From contig JBHGNT010000001.1 in the NCBI GenBank assembly GCA_043228905.1, positions 20,832,001 to 20,896,000 of the forward strand: DNA of 64,000 nt. The letters run 5' to 3'. The stretch comes from Azolla caroliniana. Lineage: Eukaryota; Plantae; Polypodiophyta. Positions 13,501 to 26,050 of this stretch are shown piece by piece. Within the stretch, counting starts at the first letter, position 1. Every line of letters starts with the position of its first letter. The translations under genes were made by a program, and so were the position numbers. The notes beneath the pieces are model-generated. The model saw only the letters and a list, made by a program, of their open reading frames with translations. It searched no databases and was not told the origin of the DNA.

Positions 13501-13647
13501 GAGGAAGGAGGCGACCTTGTCGACCTTGAAGATGCACTGGGTTCTGATCATATACAAGATTCAGGTGAGGAGACAGAACATGTTGATGCAGCACCATTGT
13601 CAGTTGATCTTAGAGAGCAGCCTGTTCCAGACCTCTTAATGGCGTGA
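10520..13647 (+). pseudogene. Multi-exon gene: ParB/Srx-like domain fused to a beta-class N6-adenine/N4-cytosine DNA methyltransferase (decayed)
   Basis: ParB-like 11190-11660: EIREPHSVHVQNLK..VPFLIMVD..LVIGGSHSVEARRQL..EEAKLLAWDHN..MSCIERI. MTase: VYNGD..LLVADIPYG (DIPY 12643-12654), WVKTN, NPYQKP..LINRLVELFSNPDNWVLDLFFGTG|MTTACALKLLRNCVALEKD. GT-AG introns at ~12088-12175, ~12314-12383, ~12849-12938, 13229-13319. Several stops and frameshifts. Confidence 0.88.
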
Positions 13648-14448
13648 TTGTATATTAGTTTGTATTTGTAACTATAAAATTGTAACACTAAACTTGTGTT
13701 GGAATATAAGATTATTTTATTTGAGTACCATTTCTTTACACTGTCAGATTGGTTTGCAAACTTTAAGTGTTTATCATATATTTGTATTGGTTGACTTGCA
13801 AAGTATGTGGTTGTTAAGTATAATTTTTATTGAATAGATGATGATGAACTTATCGATTGTATGACAAATGTTGGTTATAATTGTTTCTTTTTTAATATAA
13901 TTGAATTTAGCTTTATTCTAGGATTTCTGAGCTCTTTAATCTTGGTTATTTAGTTTTGAGTGTACAGAATAATATTAAGTCAATGTTGTTGCTCACTTGA
14001 TCTTACATTTAGGTTGTTCATATATGATTGGGATATAATGTTCGTAGAAGTTTTTGGGCATGTGAGTTATATAATGTGATATTCACTTGTGAATATATGT
14101 CTAATTATACCCAAAAATGCAATTTGCTCATTTACAAGCTTTATAGGAGTTAGAGAGAAATATAACATTAAAATTGTGTTTCTAAAATTGTTCAATTGGA
14201 TTCAAATTCAACGTTATGTAAAATGAAGCATATTACAATGATAGTTGAAAGCATTCTCGTAATCCAAGTGAATGCCTGGCTAAATGTGTATGAATTGAGA
14301 AAATATAGGTTAAATTTGAAATCTTGATAATATTAACTGTGTTTTTTATTGATGTTTTTAAAAGTCATGTGCACATGCGTGATACATTCTTGAAAGTTTG
14401 TTAAAGAATTGTAATTCTTGACATCTCATGTATTTATCAATAATGGAA

Positions 14449-14482
14449 TGCGACATATTACATGTTCTAAATGACCCAATGT
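14449..14482 (-). repeat. Right terminal inverted repeat
   Basis: TGCGACATATTACATGTTCTAAATGACCCAATGT followed by TA; 5 of the 6 mismatches to the left TIR are transitions. Confidence 0.8.
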
Positions 14483-14496
14483 TACTTGTTGTTGAG

Positions 14497-16110
14497 CTTC
14501 AATCTCTCATCCTTTGCTACATGCATTTATACCAAACATCCGAACACCTTTAGGTGTTGATAGGAGAACTCTTTACCTGTCCACACCCTCTGTGGGACAT
14601 CATCTTTCAAGGGCACTGAGGGAGACCTATTGATCAGATAAACAACCGTGTACATTGCCTCAACCCAATACAATTTTGGCAACTTTGCATGTGACAACAT
14701 GCTCCTCACTCTTTCCATGATAGATTGATTCATCCTCTCTTTAAGTCCATTCAACTCAGGGGTCTTAGGCATTGTATATTGGAGTTGAATACCTAGGGAC
14801 CTGAAATACTCTTCGAATTGTACTCTGTACTCGCCACTATTGTCAGTTCAGACAGTCTTTAGCTTCCAACCCAACTCTCCTTTAGCTCTGGCCTGGAACT
14901 CTTTGAAGAGAGACCATGCTTGATCCTTCGAGTTTAGTACAAAAGCCCACAAATATCGATTGTAGTAATCAATGAACGTTACGAAGTACTATCCGCTATG
15001 ATGCGATGGAGCATCCACGTAGCACACATCTGTGTGTACCAGTTCTAGTGTAGCTTCTTTTCTCTTTGGTGGTCTCAAGTGGAATGCAATTCTATTTTGC
15101 TTTCCGATGAGGCAGTAACACATCTCACCAAGTGCACTCCATTTACTTTTGGAAGAAGTTTCTGGTCGGCTAGGATATGGTTGCATCTCTCGTGCATGTG
15201 GCCAAGAATCTTATGCCATATCTCTCCATTTGAGTCGGTTGTCACGTTTACTTCATCCTTGTACAGCTTGACAGGCAACACATACAAAGAGCCCTGTTTT
15301 TGTGCTTGGGCCACTATGAGATTTTCCCGATAGAACTTCCATTTGCCATTTCGAAAACTACCATTGTAGCCTTCATCGTCCATTCTTCCAATCCATATAA
15401 GTTTCAGCCTGATATTTGGCACATGTCGAACATGCCTCAAAGTCAACCGACAACCGGTTGATGTTGTCAGGCATACACTTCCGATGCCGGCTATCTTGTA
15501 TTCTCCATTGTCTCCCATCTTTACATAGCCATAGTCATTGGCTGTGTAGGATGAGAAACACTCTCTCGAGGGAGTTATTTGGAATGATGCACTGCAGTCG
15601 ATCACCTAGGCACACTCTTCACTTGCAAGGTTTACATTTTCTTGCTCACAAATGAACAAAAATTCTTCTTCACTTGTAGCCACGACTGAAGTACCCTTCT
15701 CCTAAGAAATCCTTCTAGGTTCAACATCATTTGAAGCACCTTTTTCTTTCCTAAGGTGTCGACAATCCTTCTGGAAATGTCTAGGTTTTCTGCAGTACAA
15801 ACATGTGAGTTTTCCTCTGGACTTGGATTTGGCTTGAGGCTTGTCTCTCTTTTGTGGACTTTTTTGCTTGCTTCTGTTGTGCCATATTTTCCTTCAATTG
15901 GGACAAGACACCCTTGTCCTTCCTTCTTGTCTCCTCGTTTAGGATACTTGTCTTTACCACTTGCAAAGATAAGTTTTCCTCTTGGCACGCGGTACTGAGA
16001 GACACCACCAAGTTCTCCTAGTTGTATGGCAGGATACATATCAGTAACAAGGCCTGCATAACATCATCTAATGGGAACTTTGCCGCTTCAAGTTGATCAC
16101 CAACCCCATC
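14497..16110 (-). mobile_element. Tnt1/Tork-like copia fragment: gag, protease, GAG-pre-integrase, integrase
   Basis: IDCSASF (protease), WHKILGH, LELVHTDVC, PKTPELNGLKERMN, HLKVFGC. Confidence 0.9.
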
Positions 16111-16115
16111 AAGGT

Positions 16116-16537
16116 TGTAAAGAATCGATGGTGATTCTTGTGTAGCAGAATAGATGTGTGTTATGTGCGTATATGTGTGAGAGAAAAGAGAACTCAAGAT
16201 AGATAAAATGAGAGGAAAATAGAATACTCAAGAAGAAGGTGTATATTACACAAGTAGAATAAGAATCACAAAATGTAGCATAATAAGGAGTCACAACCGA
16301 CTTAATATGAAGTGTGAGGAGGGTGCTCTATATATAGTCACCCTCTCTCTTCATTAACTAACTACAACAACCACTCTCTGTCTTGGGGAATGTGAAGACA
16401 CATAATCATGGGGAATATGTAACTCATTAGTTATGTGTCCTAGAATATGATTCTATGACACATAGTTAATGTGTAGAGAGTAGTGGTGTGACTCTTGACC
16501 TTTGAGTAATCATGGATTCTCAAAAGGTGTGTTCACA
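16116..16537 (-). repeat. Probable isolated LTR
   Basis: TGTAA...TTCACA termini and a central CTATATATAG, between two unrelated copia fragments; no TSD seen. Confidence 0.45.
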
Positions 16538-17520
16538 TGTTGTACTATGTTGAGCTTGATTCTCAACACGCCCCCTCAAGCTCAACTCGGGTTGATTCCT
16601 TTTGGTTGATGTCGGCTTCGGCTGGTATCCGGTTCGGACGATCTCCGGTGTCTGCTTCGGTTCGTACCCGGTTCGGACAATATCCGGTTCTCGTTTGTAC
16701 TCCCCCTCAAGCTTGGAAAGTCTGGGATTGTCAATCCAAGATCTAACATAAATTGCCAAAACTTGTTAGCTCCTAAGGCTTTCGTGAAGATGTCGACCGT
16801 TTGAAGATTTGTGTTGATCTATTGAAGGTCGACATCTCCGGCCGGAACACGCTTTCGAATGAAGTGATAGTGCACTTCGATATGCTTCGTACGTGCGTGG
16901 AACACTGGGTTCCGAGCCAGATAAATAATGCTCATGTTGTCGCAGTAAAGGGGAGTTGGATCCTTGATGGGAACGCCTAGATCCTTCAAAATCCTCTTGA
17001 GCCATACGACTTCACATGCAGCTACGGTTGTGCCCTTGTATTTGGCCTCTGTACTCAAAAGTGCGACAGTAGGTTGCTTCTTACTACTCCAAGATATTGC
17101 TCCGCTACCAAGGGAGAAGACAAATCCATAGGTCGATCGTCGATAAACTTTGTAGCTTGCCTAGTCCGCGTTTGTGTACCCTTCGAGTCGTATTGGTGTG
17201 GCCGATGCGTAGAGAACGCCGTAATCCATTGTGCTGCTCATGTATCGTAATAATCGCTTAACGCAATCGAAATGGATATCTCGCAGAGTTTGCATGAATT
17301 GGCTAAGGAGTCCGACTGGATAGCTAAGGTCGGGTCGAGTGACTGTGAGATAGATGAGGCTCCCGATCAGTTGACGATATTGGGTCGGCTCGCACTCGTC
17401 TGTGCCGGAGTCAACATCTAGTTTGAGGTTTCGATCGAAGAGGCGTAGTGACCGATTTGCACTCAGTCATCCCTAACTTGTATAACAAGTTGAGGATGTA
17501 GTGTCATTAAGAGATCATAA
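16538..17520 (-). mobile_element. Ty1/copia RT/RNase H fragment with PPT and the first ~31 bp of the 3' LTR
   Basis: [24 protein letters not shown]; TTGAGGGGGCG followed by TGTTGAGAATCAAGCTCAAC on the minus strand. Confidence 0.9.
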
Positions 17521-18309
17521 TGCCGGTTTGTCCGCTACCATTATTTTGTAGGCAAGAGCTTGATTTGGGAAACAATCATATTGTGAAATGGAAATATTTA
17601 GAGTATGTGACTGAAAATATTGGCAAGGGACTTGTAATTAAGCGTATCAAGGAAGTATATAAGGAGACATGTGCTCCTACCCTTGTCTCAGAATTTAAGA
17701 AACAATTTGGGGAGTTCATTCCACATAACTTCCGGAGTTATTGGCAAAATTCACAGTTCAAGGAATGTATTAATAACTTACCAACGGGTGTCATCGTATT
17801 CGTTATTGACTTTGCAGAAAACTATACATTTAAAGTTCAAAATGTGGTTCAATCAATGCATTGGTACAATGATCAATGTACAATACTTGTACATCTTTGC
17901 TATTGGAGACAAGACGGTGAGTTACATAAGAAATCAATATTTACATTTCAGATGATAAAAAGCATGATACACTTTGTTCAACATTGTTTTAAGCTTCACC
18001 ATGCAGATTTATTGTCTCTAGGGTTTAGCTTTAACCGTCATTGGGTTTGGTCTGATGGTGTTGCCTCGCAGTTTAAGGCGGCACAATTGTTCTACTTTAT
18101 CGCCAGGTAATTTTTAATCCACATGTTTAGTACTTATAATGCAATGTCTAAGGAAGTAATTCTTGTGTTAGTGCATGCATACTAATTATGTTTGTAACTA
18201 TTCAAACACAGTACTATTCAAATGGATGCATGCATACTAATTAAGTTTGTAACTATGTTAAGTGTTCTTGATTGATCATATAGTACCATCTTGTCACGTG
18301 AATATGTGT

Positions 18310-19430
18310 TTATTATCTTTTAATCCATGTGAAGTGTTCTCCATAGACACATTGTACTGTGTTGTGTGTTGTATCTGTACTAAATCAGTATTTATTGAAG
18401 GATGTAAAGTACTCGTCTTATACTCATAGTATTAAGAGTTTGTACTAATTATCTTTTAGTCCATGTGGAGTGCTCTCCATGGACACATTGTATTGTACTG
18501 TGTGTTGTATCTGTACTAAATCAGTATTTATTGAAGGATGTAAAGTACTCGTCTTGTACTCATAGTCATCTTATAATCATAATATTGTCCGTCCTTAAGA
18601 GTTTGTACTAATTATCTTTTAATCCATGTTGAGTATTCTCCATGGATACACTGTATTGTACTGTGTGTTCTATCTGTACTAAATCAATATTTATTGAAGG
18701 ATGTAAAGTACATGTCTTGTACTCATAGTACTGTCCTATATTGAAGAGTTTGTACTAATTATCTTTTAATCCATGTTGAGTGTTCCATGGACACACTGTA
18801 TTGTACTGTGTGTTGTATCTGTACTAAATCAGTATTTATTGAAGGATGTAAAGTACATGTCTTGTACTCATAGTATTGTCCTATATTGAAGAGTTTGTAC
18901 TAATTATCTTTTAATCCATGTTGAGTGTTCCATGGACACACTGTATTGTACTGTGTGTTGTATCTGTACTAAATCAATATTTATTGAAGGATGTAAAGTA
19001 CATGTCTTGTACTCATAGTATTGTCCTATATTGAAGAGTTTGTACTAATTATCTTTTAATCCATGTTGTGTTCTCCATGGACACATTGTATTGTACTGTA
19101 TGTTTTATCTGTACTAAATCAGTATTAATGGATGTAAAGTACTCGTCGTCAGCAACATAGTACTATCCAATATTGAAGAGTTTGTACTAATTATCTTTTA
19201 ATACATGTAGAGTGTTTTCCATGAACACATTGTACTATGCTTTGTGCTGTATCCGTACTAAATTAGTATTAATGGATGCTAAGTACTGTTGGTTGACAAC
19301 ATAGTACTATTTATCTTTTAATTAGTGTAGAGTATTCTCCATGGATACGTTGTGCTATGCTTTGTTTTGTATTGGTACTAAATCGGTATTAATGGATGTA
19401 TAGTACTCTCGAGTGACAACATAGTACTAA
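18310..19430. repeat. Intronic tandem repeat, ~145-bp unit, ~8 copies
   Basis: GAGTTTGTACTAATTATCTTTTAATCCATG recurs at 18746, 18891 and 19036 (period 145), with diverged flanking copies. Confidence 0.9.
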
Positions 19431-19516
19431 TGTTTGTTGGAAACCTGGGATACAAAAGCATGTACTTCTCTTTATTCAACATTCGTATGCAATGGAACTA
19501 CTTCGGGTCTGGACAT

Positions 19517-22500
19517 TGTCTATTACACTTACGTGTTCCTTGAGTAGCTTTGATGTGAACCATTTTTCCCTATACATGGGCACTTTTTACTCTAGTGCTG
19601 GCTAGAGGTTTTTTCCCCATGTTACCACATACATGAGTCACTCATATGTGGTGGTACTTAGTACTTAGGGATATATATTTAAGTTCCTATTAGTTTTTGT
19701 ATCATTCATCAATAGAGAGAGCTATTCTAGCCATTGTCTTCCTTGTGTGAGTGCTTCTTTGTTTGAGCTTCTTGTGTGTTTCTCACTCTTCCTCACATAC
19801 CCAACATTGTCATCGAAATATGCCATAGAGGAAGGTAGGGATTGAACCCAAGACCTCATGGTCTCTATTGGGCAAACCCTACCACTTGAGCATTGGAAGT
19901 TCCTAGCTTACATGCATTCTCATTCTCTAGCTTGCATGCATCGTCACACATTCTCTATTGCATGCATCCTCATGCGTACTGTATTGCATGCATCCTTATG
20001 CACTCTATTTCTAGTTGGCTTACATAGCCCTACCCTCTTGTATAAACACTCATGTGCACCTTGATTCTAATCCAGGTGAACAACACAAGTTAGGGATTCT
20101 ATAAGTTGAGTTCTTATTCTTTTCCTCTCTCTTGTTCTCCAGTCTTATCTTCGTTCTACTCTATTATACTTGTCCATGACATTTTGTTCACCTTCCTTTT
20201 CTTGCTACCATGTCCGGCTTCGTTGACAACCTAAACCAAATCATGGAAGCCTTGCAACAACTTCAATTGGAGAATGAAATCCTTCGGGAATCATTACGAG
20301 AGTTGCAATCCGGCACTTCAAGAAATCCACTAGCCGCCGAGTCACAACCACCATCGACACCTAGCCCGACCATGTCCTCTTCTCATCCATATGTCCTAAA
20401 ACCAACCATCAGCTTACCCGAAAAATTCAATGGCATGAGGGCGTATCTTCACAGCTTCATCAACCAAATTCGGCTTATCATCCGATTTTAGCCCCAACGG
20501 TATGCTAGCGACTTTTTTCGGGTTGGGCTTGTTGGCACGCTTCTCTCTGGGCCGACACAAGCGTGGTTTGCACCCTTGATCGAGATCTCATCCCCTCTCT
20601 TGGAGGACTTCACCGCTTTCATGGAGGAGCTCAAAGCAACATTTGGCGAGACAGATTGACGACAAACGACACTCACAAAGATTTATTCTGTCCAACAAGG
20701 TTCACGTCCTGCCTCAGAGTTCTGCCAGATTGCCTGTGATGTTAGTTGGTATGACCAAGCCTTATGCGACCATTTCCATCGTGGTCTCTGAAATGACGTC
20801 AAGACTCTTCTCTTAAACGTCCCGGAGCCCACATCGTTGTCTCAGGTAATCTCCCAAGCTGTCCAGTGTGACAATCGTCTTTTCAAACTTCGTCAAGAAG
20901 AACGGGGGACTCGCGGGTCTTAGGCTTCTTCTCGGAACGCAACAATCACCAGGCCCTACTTGTCGCCCACGCCAACCTTACCATCAGCCAGTGAAAATCA
21001 TACCACAATGGAGGTCGATTCTCATACCCCGATGGAGATTGACCATGCTCGGTTCCAACCACTAACTGAAGCCCAACGCCAACATCGTCGGGACAATGGA
21101 CTCTGTCTCTATTGTGGTAACCCTAGCCATGTCATCTGCCACTGCCCTGTGCGAGGTCCTCAACACCAATTCCATCGTGCACGTCTTGCGGAGGTTCCTC
21201 GACAACAGGAAAACGACCAAGTCCGGCTGCAGTAGGAGCCATGCCGTTGGATGTTAGATATACCCCATTCGGAGTTTGAACCGCCATGGGGTATATCTTC
21301 TCCAAAATCGACCTTCGGGGCGCCTACAATTTGGTGCGCATCAAGCCTGGGGATGAGTGGAAAATAGCTTTTCGGACGCGCTATGGACATTTCGAGTACA
21401 AAGTGATGCCTTTCGGCCTTACCAACGCTCCAGCCGTCTTCCAACACATGATGAACGATATTTTTCGAGAGTATCTCAATCATTTCGTGGTCATCTACCT
21501 TGACGACATCCTAGTTTTTTCTTCCAACTAGGAGGAGCACACACACCACGTCCGACTGGTTCTCTCCAAACTCCGAGAATATGGGCTCTTTGCCAAAAGT
21601 GAGAAATGTGAATTCCATTGGACCTCTGTGGAATTCCTGGGTTACATGATCTCACCTACCGGGATCACAATGGATAAACGCAAGGTCGCCGCAATCACTG
21701 ATTGGCCTCTCCCGACTCGGCTGAAAGAGGTATAATCGTTTCTTGGTTTTGCAAATTTTTATAGATGGGTTCTCATCCCTAGTCCAACTTCTCATCAAAC
21801 TTACCCGGAAAGATACTCCATTTCTTTGGACCCCCACAACACATAATGCTTTTAATGCCCTCAAAGCTGCTTTTCTCTCCGCCCCCCGGTTAGTCCACCT
21901 GGACCCCACCCGCCCTTTCCAGGTTGAAACCGACGCCTCCGACTTTGTCATAGGTGCGGTCTTGTCCCAACCTAATGACGATGGCACCCTACATCCGGTC
22001 GCCTTCTACTCTTGGAAGTTTACAACCCCGGAAATCAATTATCCAGTCTACGACAAGGAGCTTGCAACTATCATCACGGCCTCCGTTGAATGGCGACCCT
22101 ATCTGGCTGGGGCGCAATATTGTATTTAGGTGGTGATCGACCACAAGAATCTCATCTACTTCACCACCACTTGTACGTTGAATCGGAGGCAAACTCGTTG
22201 GTCATCTTTTCTTGCCGACTACGATTTCGAAATCTTATTCCAACCCGGCGTTCAACATGGGAAAGCAGATTCTCTCTCTCGGTGACCTGATTTTGCATTG
22301 CACCCAGGTGACGACACTTATTCTCAACAATCACATTGTTTATTGCGGCCTGATCAACTCCACATGTTCGCAACCTATCTATTGCACGATGTTTCCTTGC
22401 TCAACGAGATTGCCTAAGCAACCATGTCGGACCCTTTCACTACTGACATCATGGTGCACCTCAACAACCCATCCCAGGTATGAAAAAGCTCGAATCTCAG

Positions 22501-24300
22501 TCACTTTACAACTCCCGATGGGCTACTCTATCGTAATCACCTCCTTTAAGTACTAGATGGCCCATGTCGCCTCCGAGTTCTACAAACTTGCCATGATGAT
22601 CCTCTTGTCGGACACTTTGGGGTCGCCAAAACGTTGACATTGCTTTCTCGGGGGTTTTGGTGGCCTCAACCTTGGAAATTGGTCAAAGAATTTATCAAAA
22701 CTTGTGATGTCTGTGCTCGCTCCAAAGCGGCTCACCATTGTCCATATGGCTTTCTACACCCACTTCCAATCTCCAGTCGACCTTGGGCATCTCTCTCCAT
22801 GGACTTTATCACTGACCTTCCTCGAGTCGGTGACCATGGCACGATGCTAGTGGTTGGCGATCGGTTTTTGAAGATGGCTCACTTTGTCCCATATTCGAAA
22901 ACCATTTCAGGGGAGGAGACAACTACCCTTTTTCTGAAAAATGTCGTCCGCTTACACGGTTTGCCTGAGGATGTCACTTTTGATCGAGGTCCTCAATTTA
23001 TCTCCCACTTTTGGCGCCAACTGCTACAAGCATTCGGGACTTCTGTGAACTTGTCAACTGTGCACCACCCTCAAACTGATGACCAAACCGAAAGAGTCAA
23101 CCAAATCCTCGAACAATACCTCCGTTGTTCAATTACCTACCAACAAGACGATTGGGTGGACCTCCTTGCCATGGCGGAATTTGCCTACAATAACAATATC
23201 CATGCCTCAACTAAAGTTTCCCCATTCTTTGCAAATTACGGTTTCCACCCTCGTTTCAACATTTCCATTCCGGAGATATCCATCAATCCGTCGGCCGAGA
23301 AGCGTGCCCACACCTTACAAGATGTCCACCGTGACCTCTCCCTCGAGCTCCATGCCATGGGCAAACAGTATAACGCTTACGCTGACCGACATCGCTTAGT
23401 CACGCAGACCTTCGCAGTCGGTGACATGGTTTGGTTGCTATGTCGGCATATCGCAACCACCCGCCCCTGCACGAAGCTCGACTACAAAAAGCTAGGCCCT
23501 TCCGTATCCTCAAGCGTGTTAACCCAATTGCCTTCCGGTTAGCGCTTCCCCCCACATTTCGGTTTCACAATGTTTTCCACGTCTCTCTCCTCGAACTCTA
23601 TCATCCTTCTCGCATTCTGGGACGCCAACCTCCTCCGCCGCCGCCCGTGGAATTATCGACAGGTGAGAAGTATGAGGTTGACCGGATCCTCAACTCTCGC
23701 TTGCGTCAACGGCGACTTCAATACTTGGTCTTATGGAAAGGTTACCCTCTTTCGGATGCCACATGGGAAACAATTACACACTTACAAAATGCACAGGAGG
23801 CAATTCACGCATTTCACCAACGATACCCCCATAAATCAGTCGCGGGTGTTAGGAGGCGGCCTGAGAGGGAGGATAAAGTCATAGACATATGCCATAGAGG
23901 AAGGTAGGGATTGAACCCAAGACCTCATGGTCTCTATTGGGCAAACTCTACCACTTGAGCTACATATGCATCCTTGTATTTAATTCAACTTCATATAGTG
24001 TAGATTGAACATTGGAAGTTCCTAGCTTACATGCATTCTCATTCTCTAGCTTGCATGCATCCTCATGCATTCTCTATTGCATGCATCCTCATGCGTACTC
24101 TATTGCATGCATCCTCATGCACTCTATTTCTAGCTGGCTTACATAGCCCTACCCTCTTGTATAAATACTCATGTGCACCTTGATTCTATTCAAGGTGAAC
24201 AACACAAGTTACGGATTCTATAAGTTGAGTTCGTGTTCTTTTCCTCTCTCTTGTTCTCCAGTCTTATCTTCGTTCTACCCTATTATACTTGTCTGTGACA
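19517..24300 (+). mobile_element. Tcn1-like chromovirus (Ty3/gypsy) with two LTRs; protease and RT N-terminus deleted
   Basis: TSD GACAT (19512-19516 and 24301-24305). LTRs to 20181 and ~23877-24300. Gag with CLYCGNPSHVICHC, RT IYLDDIL, RNase H ETDASD, integrase SMDFI..HPQTD, chromodomain YEVDRIL..YLVLWKGY..TWE. Confidence 0.95.
19521..19806 (+). mobile_element. Solo LTR inserted 4 bp inside the chromovirus 5' LTR
   Basis: Flanked by direct repeat TTGTC (19516-19520 and 19807-19811); ends CAACA; absent from the 3' LTR. Confidence 0.75.
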
Positions 24301-25636
24301 GACATGGAAAAGGAGAGCATGATGGCGCGGGGGCTGTGATCAAACGTGCCCTTACAAGTGAGCAGTTGGATAATAATGGTGCTAAGCTACAAAATGCACA
24401 TGATGTTGTGGAGTGGCTAACATGGAAGATGTCAAATGATGGTAAGAACAGATTGTTTGTTGAGGTTCGCGCTGATGAGGTTGATAGAACTAAATCATAT
24501 GGTTGCAAAACCGTGAAAGGCACACGCAACACCCATTGTGTATTAGGGTTTATCCGCAAGGACACAACACAATTGTTACTCCGTACTTTATCATGCTTTT
24601 GTTCCATGTGTATAGATGAAGCTTGGGATAAATGCATCAACCTATCAATCATGGAGCCCTGGAAGCTACAAAAGCTTGAGCCTGAACGACACGATGATAT
24701 TGAAGAGGATTCACATTCAAATGATATTGTATACTACAACCAACATCAAGACTTGGCAGTTTTATTGGATGTTGGAGATCATTTTGCGGTGCTCAAATCT
24801 CCTCATCATGAAGATTTAGAAGACTACTACATTGTGGTGTGCAAGCAAGGAAAGACATTATTGAAAGAAGTGGTGAGGGATGGCTGGGGGCAACATGTTC
24901 AACGTTGGTGAGTCTGTCGTGTATGTAAACTATTATGCAAAGTTGCCGCAGTGCAAGAACACATATGCATTACTAAAAGATGCACCCATCGCAATAATCT
25001 ACACTGCTGCCATTCTTGCGATCAAGTTCAATATGACTCAAGCAAAGCACAAGGTTAAGGGATACACCACTGTCTACAAGGTCCTCCAAGAGGTTCATGA
25101 GCACATATTAGGGGAGGTCTCTGTTTAATGCTTGAAAGTTACCCTATTAATACATTGTAGTTAGCAACTAAAAAACATCCGCTTGTAGTTCACTATTTGA
25201 TGTATTGATATATTAATTTTGATGATTGACAAATGGATCAATATATTTCGTCTTTCTTCTAAAGTGTTTAGAGTATTTATTGAGCTTGTTTTGTAAGTGT
25301 TCATGGTAATTATAGAGTTTCTTGTTTCTATGGTTTAGGATGTGAAGTCTTCAATACTTAGTAGCATCAATATGGCCTAAACTTATTCAACTATCAATAC
25401 CAGTAGTCTAATCCCTATTGTGTTAAGTCTCTATTCGACTCTGACTATGTGCACTCAAGGAGACCATACTTCGCAAGTATCAATATAAATATTAGTTTAG
25501 TACTAACGTCAATTGTAAGTGTTCACTAATACATAGTAGTCTCCCGAAGTATCTCAGTTAGACGGATACCTACATCTTATTTTAGTACTAATATGAATGT
25601 CAAATTGTTCCCTACTACATGCATAGCTGCATGACA

Positions 25637-26050
25637 AATTGACAATAGAATAAATTCTCATTCTCTACAATTAGCAATATAGAATTTTATTTGTAATCAA
25701 CACAATCATGGCTGCTTACAATTGACAATAGAATACATTCTCATTCTCTACAATTAGCAATATAGAATTTTATTTGTAATCAACACAATCATGGTTGCTT
25801 ACAATTGACAATAGAATACATTCTCATTCTCTACAATTAGCAATATAGAATTTCACATTACACTACAACACTAGATGAGTGATCTGATCTTCACAACATT
25901 TCACAGGGGCAATTTAGATAGCATGCTGGTAATAGTTCAATTGTAGTTCAACACAATCATGGCTGCATGACAATTAACAATAGAATACATTCTCATTCTT
26001 AGCCATTGGCAATATAGAATTTCACATTACGTTAACAACACTAGATGAGT
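25637..26050. repeat. Tandem repeat, 83-bp unit, 3-4 copies
   Basis: AATTGACAATAGAAT at 25637, 25720 and 25803, plus a diverged copy near 25970. Confidence 0.85.

Larger units (their letters stand above)
3730..14482. mobile_element. TIR DNA transposon carrying a transposase remnant (-) and a divergent ParB-like/DNA amino-methyltransferase gene (+); interior interrupted by unrelated fragments
   Basis: 34-bp inverted repeats at 3730-3763 and 14449-14482 (28/34 identical), with TA on both outer sides. They enclose transposase N- and C-terminal remnants and the methyltransferase gene. Confidence 0.75.
17525..25128 (+). pseudogene. Sola2-like DDD transposase, 5'-truncated, split by an intron and a gypsy insertion
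   Basis: IDFAENY..QSMHW..SDDKKHD..WVWSDGVASQFK (17525-18106); exon WNYFGSGH (~19462-19516) continues after the insertion as GKGEHDGAGAVIKR..SCFCSMC (24306 onward). The superfamily label is inferred from motifs. Confidence 0.8.

Noticed and set aside
10520-13647. Bacterial restriction-modification or parABS locus (contamination)
   Set aside because: The gene has GT-AG introns, is embedded among plant retroelements, and has no partner endonuclease, ParA or operon structure.
23907-23964. Functional tRNA genes here and at 35502-35560
   Set aside because: Only D- and T-arm boxes are recognisable; no convincing acceptor or anticodon stems, and they lie inside LTRs.
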